Source of the DNA: Octopus vulgaris
Lineage: Eukaryota
Direction of reading: 5' to 3'
DNA: 64,000 bases
Assembly: GCA_951406725.2 (NCBI GenBank)
Contig: OX597827.1
Span: 55,056,001-55,120,000, forward strand
A program made the translations under genes and the position numbers. Positions 24,610 to 37,222 of the stretch are shown here, one piece after another. The notes under the pieces were generated by a model. That model did no database searches and was not told where the DNA came from. It worked only from the letters and a program-made list of their open reading frames with translations. Every line of letters starts with the position of its first letter. Position 1 is the stretch's first letter.

Positions 24610-26098
24610 TTAAGAGACCTGTAATCAGACATTCAAAGCCTTCCAGCCACAAAACCCTGTCTTCTTTTTCAAACAGTGTATCAAAGTGCATATTATCCAA
24701 AATGTCTTCTCTTTTTTAAGATGGCACAAATTTGATTTTAAGGACATTTGGCTGCTTTTTTCTCCACTGTGTGGAACTTTGGGCAAGTGCCTTCTACTAT
24801 GGCCTCAAGCAGACCAAAACATTATGAGTGGATTTGATAGATGGAAACTGAAAGAAGCCCATTGTGTGTGTGTGTGTGTGTACCTTTGTGTTTTTAAATC
24901 CACCACTGCTTGACAACTGGTGTTGGTATGTTTACTTCTCCATAACTTAGTGGTTCAACAAAAGATATTGATAGAATAAGTACTAGGCTTGAACAAAAAA
25001 GTTTTGGGGTTGATCCATTCAGCTAAAAAGTTCTTCAAGGTGGTGCCCCAGCATGGCCACTGTCTAATGACTGAAACAAGTAAACGATGACACTCTGTGG
25101 AGTGGCTGGTGTTAGAAACCATGCCAGAACTGACAATGGAGCCTGGTGTAGCCCCTGACCTTACCAGCTCCCATCAAACAGTCCAACCCATTCCAGCATG
25201 CAAAATGGACGTTAAATGATGATGATGATAGTTGTGATGATGCACTGTCTGCAAAACACGTGGGATAGACACAGCTGGAACACCTTTTAACCAAAGGTCT
25301 ACTGAATCAAGACTAAATAATTGACAAAACATGTCAGTACAGTGTAAGAAGTGGGGGGTATTGACGCTGTCTCTCACACTCTCTTTAAATCATTTGTACT
25401 GATGTGGGGAAGAGCTATAGTTACTGCTATCTGTTGTGGAATTTGAAAAAGGTTTCTGTTTTAAAAAAATGGGACCAATAAAGGGGGAAAAATGTTTGAG
25501 TTATTTCCCTTACACCAGAAAAATAAATTTTAAATTTCATTTCTTTGGTCATCCACACCATTTTATGTCACTTATGAATTTACCTAGCGGAGGAACTTCA
25601 ATGTGGTTACTAAACTTGCTAAAAGTAGCAGTTAAATCTCCTTCAAATCACATTCTGCCGTCTTAAAATAGGGAGAAAAGGACACCTTAAACAATGCAGT
25701 CCAACCCACGCCAGCATGGAAAGCAGACATTAAGTGATGATGATGATGATTATATACGTATATAGAATTGGATGGTCACTGATACAGCACCTTTGACCTC
25801 AGATGTCTTCATCAGTCAGGACTGAACTGGTGCTAAGCAGCAATAAAAATAGCTTGGAGCTGTAAAATAATGTTCAATGTAAAACAAAGATTTGTAAAAT
25901 AGTTTAAATGAAGCAATATTTAAGTTTGTTGTGGGATGTATTTTGTAAATGAGACTCTATGTATCTTGCCAACTGCACAAGTGTGTTACTCTATGACACA
26001 GCACATTTTGGGTAATATGCAATTTGATATACTGTTTGAAAAAGAACACAGGGTTTTGTGGCTGGAAGGCTTTGAATGTCTGATTACAGGTCTCTTAA
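24610..26098. repeat. 96-bp inverted repeat pair 1.3 kb apart (24610-24705 / 26003-26098)
   Basis: 92/96 identity after reverse complementation. Confidence 0.9.
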
Positions 26099-26725
26099 AT
26101 TAATGATGACCTGGGGTTAAACAACATGAAGCAATGAACAAAAAGGATTCCTTTAAATCATAGAACAAACACTAAATAATTTTATAACAGTCTTCTTGCA
26201 TTGCATGGTTCTCATTATCTTGTGTTTGTTTTAATGATTCATGTTTAAAATACCATAAGTAATGAATTGTAATTAGCCGCATCATCTTCAGGGTGGGCTA
26301 AATTTGATGTTATAAATGCAGGCTATACCCCTTCTACATGGTGACTAACTGAAAGAGAAATATCATAGAGATGCTAAACCGTGAGCAGACTTCAAACTCA
26401 GATCACTTAACCCCTCTTAGGTAGTCAGTGTGTGTGTGTGTGATTAAACATAAGAATGGCATCTTGTCAACTTTAGAGGAGGACATGGATATCACGCCTA
26501 ATATCCCTTACTAACTCTTACTGAGTGAGAGTATCTCCAACTGATACTCTCAGTACATAAACGTATCCTCTCCCTCTTAATTCAATGAGTCGATATAAAG
26601 TATGAGGTATACCATAACCAAGCGTGCATAAATGAACAGTAAAGTTAAAATATTCGTCCATCATATGTGCCTTATAGCATGAGTTATAAATGTAAAATGC
26701 ATTAACTAATATATACGTGTGTGTA

Positions 26726-27969
26726 TTGGGTCATCCCATAAATAATGCAGTTTTTTCAATTGCATGAACTACAAAGTTGGAGGGGAACAAAATAAACTAC
26801 CTACAATCAACTTGATATAAAAGCAGGTAGTAATTTTACCTTGTGCTTAATCTTAGTGAAAGTTTTGAAGAGTGCAGTTCGATTTTAACAGTTATTTTTT
26901 CAAAGCTATAATGGAAGTGACAAAGGAGCATATTTTGCTTTATGAGTTTAATAAAGGTAACAACGCAACGGAAAGTGCAAGGAATATTAATGCAGTATAT
27001 GGGGATTGGACAATAAGCATAAGCCAGTGTCAATGGTAGTTCCAGAAATTCCCAGCCGGAAACTGCAACCTAGAAGACAAGCCTCATCCTGGAAGATCTG
27101 TAGAGCCTGACGAGGACATCCTGCAAACCTTGGTGGAACAAAATCCCATCATAATTAAGAAACTAGCAGAGAAGCTTGGATTTAGTCAGTCAACCATTCA
27201 TTGGCACCTGCATGTCATCAGAAAAGTCAGAAAATTGGATCAGTGGGTTCTTCACAAACTTTCTGAGTCTAATCGCATGCAGAGAGTGAATGTGTGCTCC
27301 TCTTTGCTGTCATGTCTCATGAATGAACGTTTTTTTGGACTGAAATGGATTTTCTATAAAATTGACAAGCACCAAAGACAGTGGGTAGGGAAAGGAGAAC
27401 CACCAGCATCCCAGGCTAAAGGTTTTCACTCACGTAAGGTATTATCTGTTTGGTGGGATATGAAAAGTTTTGTCCACTTTGAACTTTTAAACCCAAACCA
27501 AAAGATAACAAAGGAGATCTACTGCAAGCAGCTTGAGTGGCTGAAGTCAGTACTAGAAGAAAAACTACCATCTTTGGTTTCAAGACGAAAGTTGTTCTTC
27601 CATCAGGATAATGCTCAGTCACATACAGCATGGATGACATTCCAAAGGCTGGATCAGTTTGAATGGGAAACGATGCCCCAACCACCATATTCACCAGACA
27701 TTACCCCATCTCATTTGCTCTGCAATCTTCAAAATCATTTGGATGGAAAAAATATGAATTCTGTAGATGAGGTCAGAACAGTAGTGGAGGAGTATTTTTC
27801 ATCACAGACAAGTGAGTTTTAGAAGAGGAGCCTTGCAAGTCTACCAGATAGATGGAAAAGCATTGTAGAAAATGAAGGAGAGTGTATTTTAGATTAAAAA
27901 AGAACTTTATCTTAATTTTGAAAAATAAAAGAAGTATAAAAACACTGCATTCTTTATGGGATGACCCTA
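26726..27969 (+). mobile_element. full-length mariner DNA transposon (inactive)
   Basis: About 28-bp TIRs ttgggtcatcccataaataatgcag / ctgcattctttatgggatgacccta, TA TSDs, length 1244 bp. Confidence 0.95.
26911..27897 (+). pseudogene. mariner transposase pseudogene
   Basis: One frame MEVTKEHILLYEFNKG...W*FQKF...WVLHKL...HQDNA...YSPDITPS...LPDRWKSIVENEGECILD*. In-frame stops at 27037 and 27820; the TGDEKW catalytic motif is lost by deletion. Confidence 0.93.
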
Positions 27970-28005
27970 TAATATATATATTATATAATATATATATATG
28001 ATATA

Positions 28006-28152
28006 TCATCATCATCATCATCATCATTTAACGTCCGCTTTCCATGCTAGCATGGGTTGGACGGTTCAACTGGGGTCTGGGGAACCCGAAGGCTGCACCA
28101 GGCCAGTTAGATCTGGCAGTGTTTCTACAGCTGGATGCCCTTCCTAACGCCA
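28006..28152 (-). mobile_element. 5'-truncated RTE LINE tail ending in (GAT)n
   Basis: Reverse complement matches 48995-49134. Confidence 0.8.
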
Positions 28153-28327
28153 TATATTTATATATATATATATGGTGAATTTATTCACTGCTGTACTATT
28201 CTGACTCTGTATGTTGATGAGGGACATTCAATTTGAATTCTTGATGTATAAAGATGGAACTAAGTGTGCACATGTATACTTTGTGCTTTCAGTATGTTTC
28301 ATAATTATGCATTTGCCAGCGACCTTC

Positions 28328-28411
28328 CTGACGAGCCACAGATGGTTAATTAATCAATTGATTGACTAATTGTTTGATTTATTTGATCATTAATGGTGAA
28401 ACTCATGTGTA
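28328..28411 (+). ncRNA. hammerhead-ribozyme-like motif with extended stem II
   Basis: CTGACGA-GCCA-[long AT-rich hairpin]-TGGT-GAAA-CTCATGTG-TA; near-palindromic stem III (ACTCATGTGT); weak stem I. Confidence 0.5.
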
Positions 28412-29377
28412 TAGGATACCTGAGATTTTTATTCATTCAAGTGTCCTACAAGCAATGTGCAATGTAAGAATATCTCTTTCGTTGTTTGGGTTTTGACTGC
28501 CCTTTCTAGCATATAAGGAATCCACATGCTGGTTTCCATCTCCATGTATAAACTCGTATACACTATTATATATATATATATATATATATAGGCATTGTGA
28601 TGCAAAGAGGAAAAACAGAACTCAAATATGAGTATATGTATATCTTTTTTATTGATATTTTGCAGAAGCAACAGAGTGGCTTGGGGCTGAAAGTTTTGTA
28701 TATTTGATAAGTGTCAACACAAGAAATTCTCAGTCCTTAAGTCACTCTATTGCTTCTGATATATATATTCTAGTTTTCAGAAAGCTATTACCAGTTGGAA
28801 ATAAAGGAGTGAAAATGAAAGTGAAACAAGAACTTATTTTACATTTCAATAGTCCAGTATTTTAGCTTTAAAAGGGGCTTTATTAAGAGAAAATAGAGAT
28901 TAATCTTAAATTTGCACAAAATTAGTAGTTTTGTGGCTTTGATATCCTGGTTGTTCCATCTTTCCAAATGGTTTCTAACGGGAGAATTTGTGTGAATGTG
29001 TTCTTTAACATGGATATGCACTTTTCAGATAGTACTTCTGATGTAAAATCTTCCACATATATATTTCAAGCTATGTAGTACACGACATAAGCCCATGAAC
29101 ATGTCTACATCTTTGATATGGCAGTCAGCCAGTGCACATATATTTTTGCTATGTGTAAACCAATTCTATGACAAGAATAATTTCAGAAAAGACCCAGCAT
29201 GTACAGGTTGTATATTTAGGCACACCCCACCACCTACAGATTGCATGACAGATTGCAACAGTGATTCTATAATCAAAGCATGACAGTTTTAGAAAGGAAT
29301 ACTGTTGTTTGGAGATATGAACATTCTTTGGTGGTTTAATATTAATCTGGTGACTTGTAAAGGATGCTGGATATTCA

Positions 29378-29645
29378 CAGGGCCAGTGCTAGGAAGTGTG
29401 GGGCCCAATTAGAGAATTGTCAGTGGGGCCTCCTACTCTACAAAACTGAAGATCAGTGTTTTTTGCTTTGTGTAGAATGCCAGTCCCAGCCAAAAAGCGT
29501 TGAGGGTTTGAGGTTTCACCATTATCCACAATGATATACTTAAAGATTCATCATAGTGTCTTCTACTCAAGTGTATGCACATGGCCCTCTCTTGGCGCGA
29601 GGCCCAATTTGAACAAATCTAACTTATTGATTTAAAACCAGCCTG
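29378..29645. mobile_element. decayed hAT-like MITE
   Basis: Termini cagggccagtgcta / ttaaaaccagcctg, internal ggggccc subrepeats; flanks gatattca / ggtgctta differ only by transitions. Confidence 0.5.
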
Positions 29646-30731
29646 GGTGCTTATTATCCATTAGCATTCTTTTGATCTGCATGATACAGGAAATTTTCTT
29701 TCCTGCTTTGCTGCATCTGTTTACACAGAAGATATCATTCCACACCTCAGTACTGATTGGTATGGCCGGTCTACAATGCACAAATAAACTAATACAAGCA
29801 TTTTTACTGGGGAAGTTTGTATTAATAAATCCTTTCTCTGAAGTTTTTGAGTTGAAAATCAACTGGAGTACAAGAGAGATCTGGTATCGTTGGGATGTTT
29901 TACTTCAAAGTCCCATTGAACATGCTATAATATACTATTTGCCTCCTCATGACAACATGTCAGCATCAGAATGAATGTCATCCTCATATCTGGAGAAGAA
30001 AGCACTGGAGAAGCCGATGGTCTACACATCTGATAGGATGACCCACACCCTAGATAGTCACAATATTTGTTTATATGTGAAAGAATTATCAAAATGAATC
30101 CAGTATTGTTCACAATAATAGTCTGGAGCTGGTTGCTGTCTGAGGTATAGGTTTCAAGAAATAATTGGGTTAGTCACAAAGTTGATGGTTGAGAGAGCAA
30201 GTATAAAGTATAAAGGTATTTAAGAGGAAATGATGTTTGGATTAATGGTATATCATCTATTTTGTTTAAGTGCAATGAGATTAAGAGCATTGGGTTTGCT
30301 AATGGCAGAGTTGGCTACATGTCCAGAAAGGAAAGAAATATATATCAATGTAGTCCTGGGAGACACATTGAAAAAAAAAATACTAAATGGTCAAGCCAGG
30401 ACATCTTTGATCATAAGTCCTATTCAGTTAGGGTTTAACCCAAAGCTGAACCACAACAACCAAATCAATCTTAGTGCATTGTAATTATTTCTTTTATTAG
30501 GTTTTATAAGTGGGAATTGAAGATAACAGAAATATGGGCTTTGAAACATGAAGATATTAGCTACTCTAAGGCAGAGCTTCCTAAACATTCAGTCTGCTTC
30601 CACTTTGATTATACATCTTATTTTTAGTAACCAGCATGTGTAAAAGTCTTGCAACATGAAAGGTTTTTTTGATTTTTTTTCCTGTGGCCAAAGTACGTGT
30701 GCACTAAACATATAAGTGTCCGTTTATTATC

Positions 30732-30895
30732 TTAACCCTTTCGTTACTCTATTTATTTTGAGATGCTCTGTGTTTCTTTCAGTTTATTTTAAATATAATA
30801 AAGAATTTAGTAAAATAACTTAGTTATCATTAAGCTAGTGTTAGGAACATAAATTGTGGCTAAGGTTTGGTGGAAGATTTTAATTCAAAACCAGT
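30732..30895 (+). mobile_element. truncated TTAA MITE family E
   Basis: Matches the left two-thirds of 52115-52343. Confidence 0.8.
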
Positions 30896-31934
30896 TAACT
30901 CAACAATGTAACTGACTAGCCCCCTCGCCACAAATTTCAGGCCTGGTTTCAGTGACTAGACTAAGACCAACATGATACATCACCTTCAAGGTTTAATCAA
31001 TCATATCAACCCCAGTTCTTATTTTTAAGTGTGGTATTTATTTTACTGAATGCTATTTGTCATACCCTTAAATTACAGGACATAAACAAACATGGATGGT
31101 CATACACACACACACACACACACACGCTCACTCACTCACTTGGGCAGTCACTCATTTAAGTGCTAATTAAACTCAACATTGCTTGATTTTGGTGATTGGA
31201 TAAGAACTAGTGCTTTCATTATGTATATAATGTACAATTATTGATTTCAAATTTTGGCACAAGGCCAGCAATTTTGGATGAAGGGTAAGTCAGTTACATC
31301 ACCCCCTCTGGTACTTCTTTTACTGATCTTGATGGAATTTGAACTCAGAACATAAAGATGGATGAAATTCCATAAGCATTTTGCCCAGCATTTTAACAAT
31401 TCTGCCAGTTTATCGCTTTATGTCTAAAGTATAATTATTTATTATCATATTGAATGCAATTAACCTTTTGTGCACACGTAAATTTTTTTTGCACCGTGGT
31501 TGCAAAGTATGTGTGTGGGAGTGTTTGTATTTTTTAACTTGTTTCAGTCTTTTTGACTGTGTCATGCTGGAATACTACCCTCAAGAGTTTTAGTGAAACA
31601 AACCAACCCCAGGACTTATTTTAAGGCTAGTACTTATTTAATTAGTCTCTTTTGCCGAACCACTAAGTCACAGCAGTTCGACAAAAGAAACCAAAAGAAT
31701 AAGCACCAGGATTCGGAATAGAAAATAGTACTGGGATTGATTCATGTGACTATCAGTTTTTCAAGGCAATGCCCCAGCATGGCTGCATTCAATGTCTGAA
31801 ATAAAAAATAAAGGAATAAAAGATAGAAGAACTGGGACAAGGTTTGAATTTAACCCACACCCACAGTTGCAATTCTGAAATGTTGAAATCCTTGTAATGA
31901 AGGCTGATTTTCATTGTGAGCAACTGCTTAGGTT

Positions 31935-32080
31935 ACCATGACCATTGTTAGCATCATCATCATCAACAGCAGCAGCAACATAGCCATCAGCCTCACCACC
32001 ACAATCATCATTGTCATCACTATCTTTACCATTGTTGCCTCAACATCCACCACCATCATCATCATCATCAACAACAACAC
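31935..32080. repeat. degenerate CAN-triplet low-complexity tract
   Basis: Mixed cat/cac/caa/cag triplets. Confidence 0.75.
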
Positions 32081-32527
32081 AAAGGCTGCTGTTGGCTCCC
32101 ACTCTCTTTTGGCCATCATCCCATTTTCTGAGATCAACCACAATCCTTCAGTGACTCCCATATGCATCTGCATATAATCAGAAAGATGCTATGGTTTGTC
32201 ATCTGTTGACTTTTTTCTGCTTCAAATGTTACATGTTGCATAATAAGATCTGCTGTTTTGATGCAGCGTTACTGTGCAGTAAGTTTTGGCCTGCCAACCA
32301 TCTCTACAACGCAAGTGTTTGCTTGTTTGGATGCTTTCCAAAATGAAAGGCTTAATAATAGAACATATTTTGGATTTCATATACACCTATAGTTTGTAAA
32401 TATATCTGTGTGTGTGTGTGTGTTTATATATATATATATATAAAGCTTCTCATATTCACTTGGGTTTTGAAAGCACCTATATTTATAATTCATGTATTCT
32501 TGAGCTCCATATACATATCTAGGTGTA

Positions 32528-32710
32528 GGTATGGCTGTGTAATTAACAAACTTGCTTTGTGGCCATGTGGATTTTGGGTTCAGTCCCACTGCGCAGCAAC
32601 TTGAGCAAGTGTTTTCTATTTTAGACCTGAGCCAACATTTGGTAGATAAAACTGTATGGAAGCCCATCATATATGTGTTTGTGTGTGTGTGTGTGTTTTG
32701 TGTGTGTGTG

Positions 32711-32749
<39 letters not shown>

Positions 32750-32972
32750 ATGTGTGTGTTTGTCTTTGTGTCTTTGTGCGTTTGCTTGTCCTCCCACCAT
32801 TTGTCAACTGGTCTTGGTTTGTCTATATCCCAATAACTTAGCACTTCAGCAAAGAAGAACTGATAGAATAAGTACCAGAGTTAAATTAAGTACTGGGATT
32901 GATCTGAGTGACTAAACCCTTCAAAGTGGTGCCCCAGCATGGTCAGAGTCGAACAACTGTAATAAGTAAATG
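32528..32972 (+). mobile_element. older SINE family A with expanded (TG)n
   Basis: Family A head, body and tail recognisable. Confidence 0.8.
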
Positions 32973-33136
32973 GCAAAAAACATGTTCATGCTCTCCCACA
33001 CACACACACACACACACACACACAGTGAAGCTGCTTGGTGCAAATTGACTGACCGTGAACTCTGTTATGACATTTTCACTCACTTCCACCGTTTGTAGCA
33101 GTTCTTGGAAGTAAAATGTGTAGAGTGTGGTTGTCT

Positions 33137-33241
33137 CAAAAAGAAAATCAGGTTTTAGCTGTACAGGATCTCATTGATTGGGTCAAGGAAGACAAAAACC
33201 TTTTGAAAATGATCATAACAGGCGATGAATTGTGGGTCTAT
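33137..33241 (+). pseudogene. fragment of a second mariner transposase
   Basis: QKENQVLAVQDLIDWVKEDKNLLKMIITGDELWVY matches the mariner ITGDETWVY first-aspartate motif. Confidence 0.7.
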
Positions 33242-33548
33242 GTAAGCAATTCTCTAATAGAATTTCTTGTAAGACATGTGAAGAATTTCCTATGAGAAAT
33301 TTTTCAGAGAAATAAAATAATACTATGTAATTCCTATTGGTAAATGAAACATATAATGGTGAATAAATAATACCAGAGAATTTCCAATTTCCTATTTTGT
33401 TATATGTGTGTATGTATGTGTACACACACACACACACACATATAGTTAATCCAAACATGAAAACACAAAGAGAAAACAACAAGGCGAGGACGTCGAACAA
33501 GTATAGTGTTATTGGACGCTCAGGAAAGGAAAGAAAGAAAGGAGGATT

Positions 33549-33576
33549 TAACGTTTTGAGCGGAGCTCTTCGTCAG
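33549..33576 (-). ncRNA. minimal hammerhead-like motif in a probable Penelope pseudo-LTR fragment (about 33440-33655)
   Basis: Reverse complement: CTGACGA-A-GAGC-tcc-GCTC-AAAA-CG-TTA; GAAA box mutated to AAAA; palindromic AACGTT stem III. Confidence 0.55.
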
Positions 33577-34434
33577 AAATATAGGTAAAGGAAAGATCCA
33601 AGGAAGGGAAGACGGAGGGAAAAAAATCGCCAACGATACACACACGGTCACATAATCATTTTAATAAGCACAGGATTTGAACGTGGGCACTTTTATTATT
33701 ATGCTCTGTTAGGACAATGATCAGATGAGCTTAGCTTTGGCTAGCATGCTATACAAACTCATCTGACTATTAAAGCATGTAACTTGTAGCTCACATTTAA
33801 AATCCTGTGTTTATTAAATAATATTTATCTCTCACTGGATGGCATACTCTTTTGTTTATCCCACCAGTAACAGAATAATGTGTCTGTGTGTGTGCACATG
33901 TATGTGTGTTTGTGTGTATACTTAGAAAGTATTGGTACTGATGCCATATAAAAAGCGCTGGTAGTGATGCCAAGTAAAAGCACCCAGTACACTTTGTACC
34001 CAAGACCACATTGTTGCACAGTAAATTTCTTAAACACATAACCATATCTTTTATTTGTTTTGGTCATTAGATTGTGGCCATGGGAACCATTAGCACACTG
34101 GTTGAAATACTTGGTGGTATTTTGTCTGTCATTACATTCTGAGTTTAAATTCTGCCGAGGTCAACTTTGCCTTTCGTCCTTTCAGGGTCAATAAAATAAG
34201 TACCAGTGGAATACTGGGTTCAATGTACCCAACTAGTCCCCTCCCTCAAGATCTTATGTTGCCTTCAGTTGCAGTTTGTATTTATTAATTACATTTAATT
34301 GTTACTCCTCATTTCAATGTATACATATACTTCTTGTTTCTCCTCAACCTAATTTAATCTTCTCTGGTAGTAAGTTGTACTTATTTAACTTATGAAAGCA
34401 TAAAAAAGTTTAAATGAGAAGTTGATTTCACTGT

Positions 34435-34662
34435 TTAACCCTTTATTGTTTAAACCAGCCATATCTGACCCTGATATTCTACATGTCTTATATTCAAACT
34501 GGCGATATCTAACCTCTCACACCTAACCTACATTGACATTCTGAAAATAAACAATCACATCATTGAAACCTCAAAGCTATGAGATAATGCATGATTAATT
34601 CAAAACAATTTGAGTGAAAAAGTATTACATTTAACAGAGTAATCTGAACACTAAAGGGTTAA
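34435..34662 (+). mobile_element. TTAA MITE family F
   Basis: TTAAccctt...aagggTTAA; homologous to 37223-37449. Confidence 0.85.
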
Positions 34663-35335
34663 AAGTGGTCATCTTGTGTACTAAACAAAAAATTCTGTTG
34701 TCATTCTGCCTACTTTGTCACTTGGTATAACTCCTATGACCTTGTACAAATTTCTATCACATAATCTGATTTGAACCTACACACACACACAATGTGTTGG
34801 AGTAGTTGTAGTCTATTGAACTGAGTATAGTAAATAGTTTCTGCAGATCAAAACTTAGATAAGATTCAGTGTTGAAACTGACTGATAGGATTTGAACTCC
34901 ATCATTAATCAATGAAATTAATTACTGATCAACACAGATTATCATCTGTGCCACATTTACAGCCCCAATAATAATATCACAATAAATTGTATTCTGGCAC
35001 TCCATTGGTCACAATGACAAGGGTTCCAGTTGATCTCATTAATGGAACAACTTGTTCATGAAATGAATGTGCATGTGGTCGAGCACTCCACAGACACATG
35101 TATTCTTAACATAGTTCTCAGGGAGATTCAGCATGACACAGTGTGACAAGGCTGGCCCTTTGAAATACAGGTACTACTCATCTTTTGCCAGCTGAGTGGG
35201 CTGGAGCAGTGTGAAATTAAGTGTCTTGCTCAGAGACAAGTGTCACCAGGAATTGAACTCACATCCTTACAATCGTGAGCTGAATTCCCTAACCACTAAG
35301 CCACATGCCTTCACAAATTATATTAAAATAATAAC

Positions 35336-35366
<31 letters not shown>

Positions 35367-35651
35367 GTTTCGACTTTTGGCACAAGGCCAGCAATTTTAG
35401 GAAGTGTCAGGTTAATTGCTTGATGATATATGTTATGATTTTAAGTTTGCATGTTTTATATTTGAGAAGATCAACCCTTTTGAAACCAACCCACCTGAGA
35501 CCACTTTTGTCTCTATGGTACAAACATCTTGTTTTCAAGACCTCTGAATTAAAATCCTCCATTAAAACTTAGTATTAGTTTCTGATCCAAATACCAATTA
35601 ATAATGACAGTGTTATTTTATTAAATTCTTCATTATTTTCAAACTTAATCA

Positions 35652-36025
35652 GGAGTGGCTGTGTGGTAAGTAGCTTGCTTACCAACTACATGGTTCCGGA
35701 TTCAGTCCCACTGCATGGCACCTTGGGCAAGTGTCTTCTACTACAGCCTCGGGCCAACCAAAGCCTTGTGAATGGATTTGGTAGACAGAAACTGATAGAA
35801 GTCCATCGTATATATATGTGTGTGTTTGTGTTTGTCCCCTCAGCATCGCTTGACAACTGATGCTGGTGTGTTTACATCCCTGAAACTTAGCAGTTCGGCA
35901 AAAGAGACCGATAGAATAAGTACTAGACTTATAAAGAATAAGTCCTGGGGTCGATTTGCTCGACTAAAGGCGATGCTCCAGCATGGCTGCAGTCAGATGA
36001 CTGAAGTAAGTAAAAGAGTAAAAGG
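35652..36025 (+). mobile_element. full-length SINE family A
   Basis: As 12137-12556. Confidence 0.9.
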
Positions 36026-36596
36026 GTACAGTACAGACAGAGGATCTCAACAGAAATATGGTACCGAAAGGTTTAATAAATTTTGTTGCTTAGTTATCAT
36101 TAGTCATGTCCATGCAACTCCTTGCTAATAGTAAATGAATTCTATAATTGTTTCCAGTGTAGCAAGTGAGTAAAGCAGAGTAAAGTTCTTTCCCAAGTCT
36201 TCTAGACTCATAAGGGCCATTCTCCTGGTTTCCATAGTATATATATTCCTTAACTGAACAGGACGTCGGTCTGTTGCAGGATTACTTATTTTTGCCAGTT
36301 GAGTGGACTGGAGCAACATGAAATGAAATGAAATGTTTTTCTTGCCCATGAATCAAAGCCTCACTCTTATAATCATGAGTCCAACACCCTAACCACTAAG
36401 CCACTTACCTCCACATAGCAATTGAGCTTGTTAGTAACTGTGTACATTAGCACAGAAATTGTATGGAAAGGGATACTGGATAATAACAAGAATCTCTCTG
36501 TAAAATCAGACATCTCGACCACTTCTGTATATTATTTTGTTTAGTATTTTAAAAAGACCCTATAAAAAAATTTTTTTCTGTTTCTATTAATTTCAG

Positions 36597-36716
36597 GTGA
36601 AGTCCGCTATGCAAGAAATACCAGTAAAATGACCACATTGATGCATGTTGACCCTACATTGCCATTGTGGATGTTTTTTGATGTTTATGGCAACGTTCAG
36701 AAAATAAAAATACTTG
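36597..36716 (+). CDS. neur: neuralized-family E3 ligase, penultimate coding exon (C-terminal part of NHR2 domain)
   Basis: Acceptor tttctattaatttcAG, donor GTaagt, 120 nt, phase 1-1. Translates (G)EVRYARNTSKMTTLMHVDPTLPLWMFFDVYGNVQKIKIL(G), the typical NHR end HVD.TLPLW.F.DVYG. Splices in frame to 40875. Confidence 0.92.
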
Positions 36717-37222
36717 GTAAGTAATATTAGTATATATCATTTCAAATTTGGCATCATCTCAAAGTTTCCTGGTACTCCTCTTCCAACATTTCCTTATTTC
36801 TGTTCACCATCTTTCTAGCATCATTGGTTTACATAACTCTCTGAATTCAACTAATGTTCACTAGAAATTACACTTGCTGATAAAACAAATTTCCAAATAA
36901 TTTGTGCCATCTAGTTTTTTATTTCCCTGACAAGAATTTCCTATGATATACTCTACTAGTTTAAATGTGATACAAATTGGGTAAGCTTATAGAAAAACAT
37001 ACTTCAAGTGTAGATAAAAAATAAGAAATGATCTTAAACTAGGGTGACTTTGGTCTTCCCTTTACTCTGAGCATCATCATCATCAATTTTTCCTAGCTAG
37101 CATGAGTTGGTCAGGTCTTAACAGTTTGTGTCAGTTCTTATTCAGGTTTGCTGTCCCCACAACCTATTCCCAATGGATAGCAGGACCAACCATTCACTCA
37201 ACCATTCCATTTTGGGCATAGT

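Noticed and set aside
26518-26556. Hairpin tgagagtatc-tccaact-gatactctca preceded by CTGAGTGA
   Set aside because: Hammerhead-like start but no GAAA box after the stem; insufficient support.
29095-30250. Coding-looking unique sequence with several 60-100 aa ORFs
   Set aside because: No recognisable motif or splice structure; possibly an ancient LINE remnant but I cannot support it.
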